A stretch of DNA of 64,000 nt from Aplysia californica (Eukaryota). The stretch is taken from assembly GCF_000002075.1 (NCBI RefSeq), contig NW_004797546.1, positions 88,274 to 152,273 of the forward strand, given 5' to 3'. Shown one piece after another: positions 24,829 through 38,667 of the stretch (position 1 is its first letter; each line of letters begins with the position of its first letter). The notes beneath the pieces are model-generated. The model was not told the origin of the DNA, ran no database searches, and saw nothing but the letters and a program-made list of their open reading frames with translations. Position numbers and translations under genes: made by a program.

Positions 24829-26285
24829 CAGGGTCCCCACCAAATCCTGGAAATTTTTTTCAAGACCCCAATTCGAGGGAAAAATCAGGCCGCTGCGCGG
24901 CGCGTCAAGAATGATCCCCAAAAAGCCCACCTATCAATGATAAAAAGTCAAAATGTCTATAAATGAATGCAAATGTACATTTTGTAGTATAGTCTTCAAA
25001 AAATAGATGACTATAATACTGGGTGACTGCCAAACCAGCTTCTCAATTTTCCAAGGGAGGGGCCTCATCCATTTTCCAGGAACACGTTACATAACAATGA
25101 AAGCGTGTGCTCCATTTATATCTAATATAATACATGTATATGTTTGTGAATACACACACACACACACACACATGTAGGTACATTATATCCAGTCAACAAC
25201 ATGTCAGTGTGGCACTGGGATCTTGAGAGACTTTGGTATTTCAGTCTGTTCTTACTTATTTATATTTTCCCATTATCATATTAGCCAACATAACAAACTA
25301 TAGGCCCTATATAAACAAATGAATCCTGTTTTGAGCCTGAAAAAAGACCTAGAACTAGAAAATCGACTGTCAATGACCAGTCTGGGTGTCCTGATTCATA
25401 TAATAAACGTGAAGACGAAAACCATTGCTGCAACTCAAAGTAGAGTAATAACTAGAATGGCTCAAGTACAACTATTCAGTGTGAGAGGTGTAAGAACTGG
25501 GGGGGGGGGGGGCGGCGCAAGATGCAGTGACACTGAAAATCTGCCAATCTTGAACAGAAAGCTAATAAAATATAGATATAAATTACAATCACCCCATCCA
25601 ATGAAACGCGAACACTTTAGTTCAATAACAAGGCATGACGGATCCTGATTCCACACAAGGCCTGCACTAACGCGCGCTTTGCAGAGAGCTCTAAAGTAGT
25701 AATCAAAATGCAAAAAATTTGCTTCCAAGTTCAGTTTTTGTCCTCTAGCGTTGCCTTCAGCTCCCCCCCCCCCAATCCCCTTCCACGAGTGTATCTTATA
25801 AAGGAGTCCTATACTTCAGAGCGCTCAGACCGCCGGTACTCACAGGTTCATTGACCGGTCACGAGGGCGAACCTGTCAAGACGCTTGTATAACTTCTTTT
25901 TCTTTTTTTTTTCCACAAGCGACAGCAGAGGGCAATTTTTAATATTGATTTATTTTCAAGGGGACACAGCGTTCATAATGCACAACCTGCATGTTACAAA
26001 TGTTGTGTTATCTATCAGACTATTACCTGGAAATTTCTGGGTGGTTACGAAAGCAGATCTTGATTCTTCCCGATCGAGCCTTGGTGTCACACATACACTT
26101 CCGTCACAGCGGTTCAATTACATTTCCTCTTTAGGATTCATCAACCATACAGTCTTGATAGCTGCACATCACACAGGCCCTATACTTTCCCGACTTACCG
26201 ACCCATCACAAAATTCCCGACTTTTTCCCGACCTATCTCAAAATTCCCGACTTTTTCAAGATTTCCCGACCCTGCGGGGACCCTG
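24829..26285. mobile_element. hAT-like non-autonomous element with a 6-bp TSD
   Basis: TIR CAGGGTCCCC; TSD GAAATA at 24823-24828 and 26286-26291; subterminal TTCCCGAC repeats. Confidence 0.8.
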
Positions 26286-27992
26286 GAAATAGTTTGAAAA
26301 AAGTACCATGGAATTTTTTCTAAAAACCCAAGGTAGGGTAAAGACTTGCAACTACTATCAGAACACCAATAATGAGAGAGATCTATGTTACAAGAGATTC
26401 AAAAATTGCAATTACCACTTCAACAGGCAAACCAATTTCAATTCCAGAAGATATCCAAACAAAAATTAAAATTCCTCACTGTGGTGCCATCATCTTTAAA
26501 TTGTATTTAAAAGCCTCAACAAATCAATCATGTCATAGCACTCATTAAAACCGTCTCCCAAAACAGCACTTGGTATAAAAGAAAGTCTGAACTGCTGTCC
26601 ACTGTCTATCTTCTCCCCCCCCCCCCCCCCCCCCCCCCGCAGTTATAAAAGAAATAATAGTGCAGACATATTATTTTCACTTCTCAGTATAGATTAATAC
26701 ATTAATACATATGCAGAGATGAATTTATTCATGGTGTATAAAGAATGATCTCAAATGGAATCTTTGTGTTTTGTCAAACAGTTTCACTATATGTCTTGGC
26801 TATTGTAAGGAGATCTGCTCTGGAGCTGAGGAGCTGCCTCGTGAACAAGTCAGACATTATCATTCTGATATGATTCATCTTATAACAGGTGGGCATTATT
26901 TTTCTATACCAAGCCGACAAACTTTGCCAATACCGAATAATCTACCATTTTAAAAAAAAGGTCTCCTGACCTCCACACCCATTAAAAAACTCCAAACATT
27001 TTTTAAGTTGCTGCTACTTAAAACTTTAGGGCCAAACATGCCCTTTGTCTTCACTACATCTAGTCATTTTCCAGTCAAAACCATAAAATTCTCTCTTGTA
27101 TTTGCTTTTGGTCTTTTCAGACACCTCGGTGACTCCAAGACCTGACCACATTAAACAAACCCAAGCTCCTTCACAAGTTAAAAAAAAAAAATTTCCAAAT
27201 TTCATACATTCTCATTATACATAATTTTTTCTCCCTTAAGAAACTGAAGGCCTGTTGCATGTAAAACAGATTACTCTTTTATGAGAAGCATCACAATCCA
27301 TGTCCCAGTAGTTCAAATATATGTAGCAGTGATCGTACAAGAGATTACATCATTTTAAAATTTGGCTCCTTTCCGATTCACTTTCACATTGAAAGCAAGA
27401 AGACATGCAAATGAACAGCTCTTAATCTGTGAATGACAACAGAGATGAGCTACATAAACTAACGGTAAAAAAAGAGTTCTATAAATATAACCATACACAT
27501 ATATTTTTGAAAACTTTTTCCCATATCAAAGAAGAAATCTTGTCAATTGAAGCAACTAATTAACTAAAAAGATGACAGAAGTAATAGACTGTAGTGCAAT
27601 GGTTGGTGCTGCTGCATTCAGGTTTAGTAAAATACAGGGGAGCTACAAGGACTAGCAAAATATTGATAACTTTTTTTACCACTGCCAAAAATACATGACC
27701 ACATCGTGAACATAATGACAGACATAATCTAAAAAAAAGGAATGAACAAAAAAAGCGTGACAATTTCCTTCATTCCACAAAAGTTAGAATCAAGATGGAG
27801 CTCACACAGCCAATCAGCATAAGAAAAACCACATCTCGTCATAATGCTCATTAGAAAATGAGTTCAATTACAAAAGTGGATGGCAATGAATCAAGCTGGA
27901 CCATCAACAGCAACAACAAACTTAGATATGGTGAATGCTATCAGCAGGTAGATGAAATGACAAAATCACTGGTCTGTGGGTCACAGGCGATA

Positions 27993-28091
27993 TCATAAGG
28001 ACACGGAGCGAGAGATTGTCACTCCATTCACTTCTCCAGGCACCAGGATCGGAATCACCAGGTCATCCATATTTGGCATCACAAACACTCG
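27993..28091 (-). CDS. TEX2: TEX2 coding exon 9 (last)
   Basis: cctttcag|RVFVMPNMDDLVIPILVPGEVNGVTISRSVSL*. Confidence 0.9.
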   Translation of the reverse strand, partial: RVFVMPNMDDLVIPILVPGEVNGVTISRSVSL

Positions 28092-29075
28092 CTGAAAGGA
28101 AAATGGAGACCGGATTAAAAATTTGAGTAAGAGAAGAGAAAAAGGCACTGACGGAGCCCTTGTCATTCGTAAAACTGGACAAATCACAATACATAAATAT
28201 GTGCACAACATACACACAGCTTGTTTGTCCACATTATAGACATGCCAAACAGAACATGACGGTCATATGGCACCAGGTAGAGGAAAGCAACAGACAAATA
28301 AGGGTGCCTGAGGAAGAAGTAAAACCTATAAAGCATCAAGCAAAAAGTAGAAAACAAGCAAAATTGTACAATGTTCTTTCTTAATTCATTATTGCGACAA
28401 CAAAAAACTGTGATACAGAAAAAGATTATCAAAACTTTACATATAAAATCTACACAGTTCATATCAGAGGAAATATTGTGAACCGTTAACATTTAATAAT
28501 ATATTATTAGGCAATATAACGCACTCAGTTTTACCAAAAAATAACATAAATCCAGAATGCGTATTACAGTTCTTGAAACAAGACAAATCCAAAGTTAAGT
28601 ATCCGAGTTCAATGGTCTTAATTTGAGAAGGAAAAGTAGCACCGAACTAACACAATAAAAACAAGCCCTAGTTCTTGGTTCATCCTCGGAGGACACATAA
28701 AATCCCCAAGAATAGTGTCCTTATCCAAATCTGTTGCATGTTCACTTCTTTCAGAAAACATTAGTCAGATACTTTCGCTAGTCCAAGAACCCGTACAGTT
28801 CGCTGGAGTAAAAAAGAAGCACATCAGCATGAGAAAAAGGACTACCAACAAAAGGAAGAAACAAAGTGACAGATAGTCAAAACTACCCCTGGTATCCTTC
28901 AATGATCTACAAACCTGATGAATGCATTACACACGCCAATTCTCTCTTCCCACACCCAACACCCTACCTTCACCCCCATCCCTCTGAATAAACCCACCAT
29001 ATCCACCAAAAAAAAATAAAAAAATAGAAACAGCAAATATTCAAAAAGTAGGAAAGATGGGGGGAAAGCTCTCAC

Positions 29076-29196
29076 CTGAAACTCCAGAGCCAGCTTCTTC
29101 TCAATCCATTCTGTGATGTGAGTGATGGTCACTGCTCGCTCACCAACCTGAGGTTTGGCTGAAAGACGTAAACGGGGGTTGCCACGGAAACCGTAC
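29076..29196 (-). CDS. TEX2: TEX2 coding exon 8 (SMP domain)
   Basis: (W)YGFRGNPRLRLSAKPQVGERAVTITHITEWIEKKLALEFQ|gtgaga. Confidence 0.92.
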
Positions 29197-29818
29197 CTGT
29201 GGAGAACAGATGTGTCTCAAACCTTGGGCAAGTGGGAAAGTTAAGCCTCATATCCCACCAACTTGACTATTCATACGAATTCAAAAATATTACCTTGGCC
29301 AGTCTGTTCATCTGAATCACTGCCAAAGGCCCTACTTGAATGGAAAATTTATCTAAATACAGGTGGGTCAGAGCTGCCAAACATAGAATACAACAATTTG
29401 AAATACCAAAAATAAGCAGGTCAAAAATACAAAGTGGAATAAGAATATACAACGAACAAGGAACAAAACCAGACTGATGGAAGACAAAAACAAAACATCT
29501 AANNNNNNNNNNNNNNNNNNNNNNNNNNNNNNNNNNNNNNNNNNNNNNNNNNNNNNNNNNNNNNNNNNNNNNNNNNNNNNNNNNNNNNNNNNNNNNNNNN
29601 NNNNNNNNNNNNNNNNNNNNNNNNNNNNNNNNNNNNNNNNNNNNCAGACATACAGACACAGATAGAGAGACACTGACAGACAGACAGACAGATAGGACAG
29701 ACAAAGAGTGTCTCACAGAGAGGTTGTAGTAGCTGTTGCACAAGAAAAAAAAAAGAAAAAACTTCTTGCAAGCCAAGTAATTTGTAACCATTTCACCATA
29801 ATCACAATCAATACTAAC

Positions 29819-30028
29819 CAGAGTCGGTCTGACGGTGGTGGAGGGATGTTGAGGGCAAGCTTGCCAACAAGGCTGTTGACTGTGACAGTCAGGGTTAGGC
29901 GTGTGTTGCTAACATTTTCCATGGCCCGTTTGATGACCTTGTACTCAGTGGCCTGCTGGAAATATCGCGACTGGGTGATTTTGTTCAGGTACCGCAGAAA
30001 CTTTTTGCTTGTCCCTCCACCAGAAGAG
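29819..30028 (-). CDS. TEX2: TEX2 coding exon 7
   Basis: SSGGGTSKKFLRYLNKITQSRYFQQATE...LNIPPPPSDRLW|gttagt. Confidence 0.92.
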
Positions 30029-30694
30029 CTGCAGCAAGGAAAAGTATACAAATTTGCTCTTAAGTTTGGGAATGTCAGAAAAAAAAAGGAATGTCAATAA
30101 GTGATTCAGCGAAAATGTGATAGGCAATGTACTGTCACAATAGCATACAATGCAAACAGACTGACAATTAGTATTACACTTCACACAGCAGTATCAATCA
30201 ATGAATTTAGGCCTTACACATTGATTTACATGTATACATAAAAAAGAAGTCAAAATTATAACTGCAACAATTAGTAGTATGGCCTTCTACGCATTGACAG
30301 AAGATTTTAAAGCAGTGTGTATGATACAACTTTGCCTGGGCCATTGACATGGAGGAAGTAGATTGCCCATGTAATGCTTCCTTCCTCTCAAATCTTGACG
30401 TCCTTGATATGCTTCAGAGGAACGACATGGTCAATACGTTTGGAATTAAGGGAAGTGCAAGGGATGTCTTACAATTTTACAGGTTGGATAAGGATTTCTT
30501 TTTCATGGGAAACTACAAATTTTGAATTTTGCACATATGGCATGCCTAAGGCATACTTTTCTATGATCTTCAACCATCAGGCGATCTTTAATGTGCAATG
30601 TGAACATGTCCTCTCCAAGATGTTTTGTCATTTTCCAAGAAGACTACATGCTTGAACTTACCTTGCAATAATAGCAAAACAGACGTAACAGATA

Positions 30695-31028
30695 TCAAAG
30701 AGCATTTCTATAGCCCAGATTCCCGCTCGAAAGCAAGCTGTATGCGCTTTACACTATATTATTACCCCAGCAGGCCATAGAAAACTTAGAAACATTCTCA
30801 GTTTCCCGGGAGGCATACAGTGCAAGCAGCTGATCAAACACTCAAACACTAACAAACTGACAAAATCTTTCATTGTTTACAGCTGGGTACCCATTCCGAC
30901 CCGGGTGAAGGAGGAAAATTCATGTAAAGTGCCTTTCCCAAGGACACAACGTCGGGCCCCTGATGGGATTCAAACCCACGACCTTACAGTTGTGAGTCTG
31001 AGAGCCCAACCACATAGCCACTGATGCT
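30695..31028 (-). mobile_element. CORE-SINE (tRNA head, CORE domain, L2-like tail)
   Basis: Reverse strand GTGGCTATGTGG..GGTTTGAATCCC..TGTGTCCTTGGGAAAGGCACTTTAC..AATGGGTACC..GTAAAGCGC. Confidence 0.75.
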
Positions 31029-31344
31029 ATACAAGACATCAGAATAATGGTACTGGTAGCTTAATACAGCTCAACTCCTTGTATTAGGTATTTACACAAA
31101 TGCTTAAACACACTTGGGGACTACTGTATTGGTGCAAGGCATGAAAAGAGTAAATAAAGGTATATAAAAACCAGAGGAAAAAGGTGAATAAGATATCACC
31201 CGTTACTTAGGTAAGAGAATAGAAGAGAAAAAGACAAGAAAGAATCACAAAAACAGGATTTTGCTTTCAGTAGACATGTCACCAACAAGTCTCTGCTTGT
31301 GGGGGAATTTTGTTTGATGTATGACATTCTATATTATAACCTAC

Positions 31345-31431
31345 CCATCCTCGCCAGTGGCTGGAGTTTCTTCCTCCTCATCTGTCGAAGACTCAGCACT
31401 GTCTTCCTCATCTGAATCAGTCACAGGGGAT
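31345..31431 (-). CDS. TEX2: TEX2 coding exon 6 (acidic Ser-rich insert)
   Basis: gtttcag|(K)SPVTDSDEEDSAESSTDEEEETPATGEDG|gtaggt; phase 2/2; not in the ORF track. Confidence 0.88.
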
Positions 31432-31472
31432 CTGAAACAGAAAACACCAGTTGTCAATATATGATGTCTTAA

Positions 31473-32478
31473 CTCATTCGCTACGCGGAGCCGTGGGGGG
31501 CGGCGCGGCTAAAGTGCCGTCAGTACGCTAAAGCCGCACCCGGCGGCTCAAGAACTGATCTTCAATTTTAGTTTAGATTCTATTCCAATCCACATATCCA
31601 TGTTAAAATAAAAGTCATAATATAATGTTGACTTCCGGGTCAAGCGTTTCCACTGAAAATCGGAAGTTTAACTTCAGTTTTGAAACGCGATTTCGTAGTT
31701 TATTCGACTTTGTTTTATCGCGATGCCAAAATTATAGCCCGGACACCAGTCTTAGTAATTTTACACAGCAAAATCTATCATTATTTTGCCAGCTGAAGAA
31801 ATATAGGACTCTTTTTTTATTATATTGATACGATTGGACTCATATTGCCAATGCACTGTTTTTGAGAAATCAATTTTTGAGTGCTAGATCTAGGTCTAGA
31901 TCTAAATTGTCAAAAAATATTTGTTTCTCCGCAAAATCACTACTTTTTAAATGAAATTACACAAAAAGTGCCTCTCAAGACATGTATAGGTTTATTCCAA
32001 ATGCAATTCTGAATAATTCCACGAGTGAGTATTTTCTGTGTGATCGTTTTTCAAGATTATAAAATAAAAAAAAATTTTTTTCAATATCGGGTGTTATGAT
32101 CCAAATGTACATATATTATGGAATGTATGTAAATTACTGCAAACTTTTCAATATTTTCCAGTTCTATATTCATTTATGGTTATTTTAATGCATCATTTGA
32201 CTAGGTGCAAACATATTTTTTGAGTTTCAAATTTTATCCGCATCCAATCAAAATTGTCTTGCATAATTGCCTCTTACAGGAACCAAAGTTGAAAAATACA
32301 CAAATAAACATTACAGATATATTCTACAAACCATACTGAAAATATTGGTATATAATATGTTGATATTTATTTGAATTTGTGGCCCCAAAAACCTTTTAAC
32401 TGCCCACTAGTCACCATCTCATTCGACCTCCCGAAAAAAAATTCGCCCACTAGCCGAAAACAATATGTAGCGAATGAG
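31473..32478. mobile_element. piggyBac-type non-autonomous element
   Basis: TTAA on both sides; 12-bp TIR CTCATTCGCTAC. Confidence 0.85.
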
Positions 32479-34189
32479 TTAAAAAAGTACCAGTCTCATC
32501 GTTCATCAAATGAAGCAAAAGTTGGTTAAAATAAAAAATAAAACATCTGCCCTAGTCCCCACTTTTGTCTTCCATCACATTTACAGATTTTTAGGTGACA
32601 AAACAGATCTTTACATGCATTTCAACCTGTAAATAAGCTATAGAGAGCATCGCTCTAAACAAAAGGAATTCACTCAAAAGGCCATAAGTAGGACTCTCTC
32701 TGAATGATTTGTGTCCACAAAGCCTTACTACAAGTAGTAATAATTCTAACTTGCAGAAAATATAAATTATGCTGATGAATATCTTTCATACACAGCAGGG
32801 AAATATTTCTTAATTATGACATACGACTTTAAAAGACAAGCGCTAGTCGAGAGTGAAGTGATGAAATCGTCATCTCTCAAAATGTCAGATACAACATGAC
32901 AATACATACAGAATTTACTGCAAGAGAAATCTGAGTGATAACAACAAAAACCTCAACCCCCCCCTCCCCCCAAACAACTAAAACTTTCATGGAGTGACAA
33001 CCCATCCCTGCACTGAAATACACTCACACTTAAGACAAACACACTCAAAACAGCAATGTCCTTGACTTTCCCTCCTTAAGAATAATGCACAAGTACATGA
33101 TACCAAACAAGAATAAAAAGAAAACAACACAGCAAGGCTTGCCAGTTTCGAGACTCAATCAGGGACACCAAATGCTTTACCATCAGATTACAGTGCAATG
33201 AACAAAATTATATCATGCCGGACTGGTTTTGGTGTTGACTGTGTGATAAGGTTCTTAAATTCCCGACTACTGAATCCAGGACAATCCTGGGAAATTCAGG
33301 ACAGTCGGTAAGTCTGCATATTATTCCACAGTTGCTGAAAATACATATTTATGGCATCTGGGGTGAAAAGCTAATTATCCCTAATCAAGAAAGTATTAAT
33401 TCCTTACATAATTTTCAGTGTATAGTGGGGCGGTTTAGCCCAAAAATTTAAAAGGATTGTGCATTTTGTGATACAAGCACCAAATTTGGCACAGATGTTT
33501 TTTAATATATTGCAAACATTTTTAGATATTGGGCCACTCGGATTTCTCTCTTTATGGCCGCCATATTGGATTTCAAAATGGCCGCCATTTGAAATCTACA
33601 TTTGCGAGTATCCCTGGGTCAAATGCTGCTATTGACTTCATTTTGGTGTCTAAATGTATGTTTTGGGGGGCAAGGAATCCTATGATACCAATTTCACAAT
33701 ACAATGAACAATCTAATGCACAACTCTAAATCAAAGACACAAATCTAAAATTCTAATGCACAAATCTATTCCAATGCACAATTCAATGCACAATCCAATA
33801 TGGCACCAATTTCAACGTAATGTTATCTTTCACACTCTGTTTTATAAAATGATCTAGGAAAATAATAGATTGAACACGATACTTTGAAAAGAATGATTAT
33901 ATGAAAGCATGTTGATTGATTGATTGAGTGTGTGTTTTACGGCACTATCGACTCTATTTTGAAAGCATGTTAAATGGGTGTAAAAGTCTTAAGTCTGTAA
34001 ATGTCGTAGGTACACTTCTAACATGCTACATGGTCTAATTTCTGAGGCTAGGTGTATACTGACATTCTTCAATGGTCTGGAATCTGAGGCTAGGTATATC
34101 GGTACTGAAGATGCATGTACATAAACAGTGTCATGTTAACAAGTTCAGCACTGCCACAAGTACAAGTATGTTGTGGACTCATCGTCCTG

Positions 34190-37100
34190 TGCAGTCCCCT
34201 TCACACACACAGAGGGCAGTCTTCTTGCATTTACAGAGTCTCACACACCATAAATGGCACTTGCAAGAAACTAGCTCAATGCAGCTGTGAGCTGCCTCGG
34301 GTAGCCTGGTCCAGTATGGTGTGTACTGTCCTCCAGTCATTTACCAACCCTAGTTGTTTTGAGGAGGGAGCTCTGGTGCGGGCAAAAGTATCTGACCCCA
34401 CACATTTCCATCCTAATACACTCCCCTCTTGACATGTTCCTCTAAAGCTGCCTACGTTGGAGGGATCAGCAGCACATCGTTCTTCCTTGCGAAGAGTTTC
34501 CTCCTGGCCGTGTCATTGTCCGTGCATTTGCTGGTTCGATCATACAACAGAATCACGAACCTCTTGATGATGGACATTGCATTGTTTGGCATGTCACGTG
34601 GTGCAGAGGACACCAGCAGCAGCGCCTCAGTGAGTTCTGGCAGTACCGTCCTGACTGCCCACGCAGTCTTCTTGCCATATGGGATGAAGATCTTAGGAGC
34701 ATACTCTTCAAATGTCTTTAATTTAATGCAGCAAATCTGGGCGATGGCTGCTCCATCAAGAACTATACAGCTAGTGACAGGAGTCTCTGTCTTGGCGTCG
34801 AAGATTTCTTCAAAGCCTGTGATGAGATCATTCTTAGTACAAGGGAAGAGGTTTCCACCAGCCGACAGTGCAGGAGGACATGCCTGGTTCTTGTGACAAA
34901 AGAACTCCTCAAGGTTTTCATCTCTCAGTCATTTGCCAGCCAATGTACAGGCGTGCAACGAGTTCACGGTCATTTTTGACTGAGGCGAACTGTTCCTAAC
35001 ATTTACTCTTGTTTCTTGGAGTGGAAGTGCTGAATACCTTCAGCTTTGTCATGAGGAATGGGGTCGTCCACGGCCTTTGTTCTGTCCAATAGACACTCTC
35101 TGGTGAAAGCCTCGGGCTGCTCTAGTCCAATCCTCTTGACTTTCAACACTGTCTCCGCGGCAGAATGACCTGAGATGTCCTTTGTGTCCAGTATGCTTAG
35201 ATCCTGACTCTCCTCCTCGAATGGGTTGCCCATCTCCTTTATAATACCGACGAGACAGCGAACATCTTTCACAAATGAGGCATGTACACTTGGCGTCTTT
35301 CCCGTCCTGGAATTCTTCAATCACCCTAGCATTTTCTGGTCTTGCAACCACCCAGCGACGAAGGGCAATAGGGTTGTCAGTAAGTCCAACTGCGCCACCA
35401 TTTCCTTTGACGCAGGCATTATTCTGCTCATGTGCCTGGTCAATCGGGATTAAAGAGAACACCCTCTGTGTCTTCTCAACTGTGAAATGGCCTTCACTGA
35501 ATTTCCTGGCTACGTCTGGGTGTTTGGTAGTGAGTTTGGCGATGTTCTTCAGGTGCACTGGTATCCCCCTAGCATAGTGGGTAGGATCTAGTGCGTGGAA
35601 CCAGGTGACCAGCTCTGTCAGAGCATCGAGGTACATCATCAATGATCCCTGCCTGAGAGGACGCACATACACTAGAACCAACAGTTCTTGTTCCAGCACA
35701 GCTGCCCAGCAGCGAAACTGGGAGATGCTGTCTCGTCTCTGGCATCACCAGTCTTCAAACGCGGGAATGTCCTCTGCATCCCTGGTTTCTCCCAGACACT
35801 AGTGGTCATAGGCATGGTGTGGCAGGATGTACTGTGCTGCTGCAGTCACTTGATGTGCTCTTCTTGTTCGCAAGACATGAGATGCTCGCAGGAATGAGTC
35901 TGCTGTCCTTGGTGTCGCAATCTCGGCTTGCACAAGTGCTTGCCACCCAACCACTTCCTTGCAGCCAGTCCCCCGGTGTTTTCAGTACTGCCATCTCTAT
36001 GCAGAGACCACCAAACATCACCACTATATGGTCTTCACCATAACTCTCTGGACACTTCCACTTTATCAGCTTGGCCAAAGCAAACAGTGGCTGATCCAAT
36101 GTGACCACTGGTGTCTGTCCAGGATTCAGGTGTTCTACAGCTTTCTTCACAACGTCCATTGAATGCTTGATCATTGCCACAGTGTGGGCACTTTCCAAGA
36201 AGAGTGGAAGCAGAGACATGGGGCAGATGACTCTACCCTCTGGTGGCTGTCGGCTAGCATGAAATGCAGCCCAAGATGTGTTTTCATTGTCCACTGTACC
36301 AGTGTTGTCTCCCAGGTCGTATTTTGCATTGCCTAACCAATGGCATTCTTCATCAGTCTACTGTTTGAAGTCTCCTCTGGTCAATGACGCAACTCCAGCA
36401 GCTGGGACAGGCGACGTCTTGATGCTGCTAGTGACAGGGGGTACATCANNNNNNNNNNNNNNNNNNNNNNNNNNNNNNNNNNNNNNNNNNNNNNNNNNNN
36501 NNNNNNNNNNNNNNNNNNNNNNNNNNNNNNNNNNNNNNNNNNNNNNNNGTCTTGATGCTGCTAGTGACAGGGAGTACATCAGTATAATAGTGCGGCAAAG
36601 GAGCGACAGTCGTGGACCGTGCATCCCCAGATTCTCCCACAACGAATATGCTCCGATTTACTCCTTCATCAGTGCAAGGAGGATGTTGTACGAGGGAGAT
36701 AGCGGCACCTTGGAAGGAGTCTTTTGATGTTGTTGCACTAGGATTGTGATCTGTGTTATCTACAGCGGCAATTGTATACTCTTCGCCACGCACTTTTGGA
36801 GGTCAGACCACTTGTTCTCTGTAAAATTGTTGACAGACATGGTTGCCCATCTCTGCTGAGAGCAGGAGCACTCTATCATAAGAGATACTCAGGCCAAGGT
36901 GTGACAGTCTGTCGACCAGTTCCTTCTTATGTGTATGAACATGCAACATCATCCCAATGTATGTTGGAAGTGGGGTCTCTTGTGCAACACTGTGCCTGAC
37001 ACAGGTGGATGATGTGGTGCCACGTGTTCGCTTGTGTTTTACACAGTTGAACTTCTGTATCTAGGCTGCGGTAATTGCTGCTGGGTTAGTGTCTGCAATC

Positions 37101-37230
37101 TGGTCCTTGATGCTGGGTATCTCTAGGATCATGCTGACTAAGGCAAGCAGCAACGGTTGTAACAGATTTTTCTTGGCATCCTCCAGGGCACACTGTGAAG
37201 GGCTTGGCTTCTCCAAACATGTGACGGCGA
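34190..37230 (-). pseudogene. Academ transposase/XPG-nuclease pseudo-ORF
   Basis: Consecutive minus-strand ORF pieces 36446-36793, 35806-36294, 35049-35699, 35003-35320, plus a stop-interrupted frame at ~34900-34190. Confidence 0.8.
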
Positions 37231-37278
37231 CAAGATAACGACTAATGTAGATCGAGAAGCAGCCATTTAATGTAAAGC

Positions 37279-37630
37279 AGCCATTTTGAAATCCAATATG
37301 GCGACCCATTAGTACAAATACGCAATGCAGATTGTTACCATTGGCTTGCTTGACCAAAAAAAACATACATTTAGACACCAAAATAAAGTCAATAGCAGCA
37401 TTAGACCCAGAGATAATCACAAATGTAGATTTCAAATGGCGGCCATTTTGAAATCCAATATGGCGACCCTTTAGTAAAAATACGCAATGCAGATTGCTAC
37501 CATTGGATTTCTTGACCCCAAAAACATATATTTAGACACCAAAATGAAGTGAATAGCAGCATTTGACCCAGAGATAATCGCAAATGTAGATTTCAAATGG
37601 CGGCCATTTTGAAATCCAATATGGCGGCCA
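37279..37630. repeat. ~161-bp tandem repeat of the Academ subterminal unit (2+ copies)
   Basis: GCCATTTTGAAATCCAATATGGCG starts units at ~37280, ~37442 and ~37603. Confidence 0.8.
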
Positions 37631-37937
37631 TAAAGAGAGAAATCCGAGTGGCCCAATATCTGAAAATGATTTCAATATGTAAATGTACATTTGTGCCAAG
37701 TTTGGTGCTTGTATCATAAAATGCACAATAGGTTTGCTAAGCGGCCCCACTAGTACAGGTTTTTCATTTTCCAAATGTGTACTTCAAGTGACTATAGAAA
37801 AAAAAATTTGTAAGAACTAAAAAAATATGTGACTGAAGTGAAACAGTTTTCATACTCATCAAATCAACAACAGCAGATACCGAATGGCCATGACACCCTC
37901 AGCCCCCAACACACACACACACACACACATGACATAC

Positions 37938-38167
37938 TTGCTGTCCACAGAACGTCCTGGAGAGTTGGACGCATGTGGGGATTTTTTAAGCTTCATGAGG
38001 TTCATCTTTGTCTCAATCGTCATTGTAAAGCCTCCAGAGTAGGTAATATCCAGGTCGACCCAGAAGCCTTTCTCGTCCATGTATGGACGGCCGGCGTGAC
38101 GGATGGCAGGAATCTCGTAGCCCATGTGAATATCTGTGACCTGCAGTTCCTCTATGAAATATGGCAC
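37938..38167 (-). CDS. TEX2: TEX2 coding exon 5 (SMP domain)
   Basis: cctcag|VPYFIEELQVTDIHMG...GFWVDLDITYSGGFTMTIETKMNL...|gtatgt. Confidence 0.92.
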
Positions 38168-38667
38168 CTGAGGAATGGACAGGGAAAAAACTTGTAAAAT
38201 TATTCCACAGCTTCTTGTTTTGAACCCATATATGACTGTCTTCTATACAATTTCTCACTAGAAAAAGAAGACAATATGAAACCAAAAAAAAAAAAAAAGA
38301 ATAAAGCTAAAATACTAAGAGGCAAAAGGCTTCAGTAAGCCTTCCATCCTCCTCAAATAGAAACTGAGAAACTGATCTCTCAGTATCCAGTTGGACAGGA
38401 ATAGCTGCAGCCTGTAAGGAGCACAGAGTGATCTTATGACAGGAAATTTTACACCTTAACCATCTGATTATAAAAAGAATTTTCCTATAGTTCACTAAGC
38501 AGAAGAAATTTTCAGTTACCATACAATGTAAGTAAAACTGAACTCTACAGATTATCTCCAGTATCAATTTGATAACAACTCTTCTGCCGCAACAAGAAAA
38601 TGAATGGAACTTGATTTCCTCGACAGTTCAATAAATAAGAGACAAAACTTATTTCTAAAAATCATAC

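Larger units (their letters stand above)
33423..37752 (-). mobile_element. Academ DNA transposon (transposase + XPG-like + Cys-rich domains), decayed and internally deleted
   Basis: TAG..CTA termini, ~250-bp imperfect TIRs, 3-bp TSD GTA; frameshifted fragments WAAFHAS, TPVVTLDQPLFALAK, VVMFGGL.IEM, HYAR, IDQAHEQNN, VLDGAA, GKKTAW and a C-terminal CKC..C..CKC..CVC cluster. Confidence 0.88.

Noticed and set aside
34429-34896. 155-aa plus-strand ORF
   Set aside because: Antisense to the Academ XPG-like coding region
36416-36582. Direct repeat GTCTTGATGCTGCTAGTGACAGGG on both sides of a gap
   Set aside because: Likely an unmerged contig overlap, not a biological repeat
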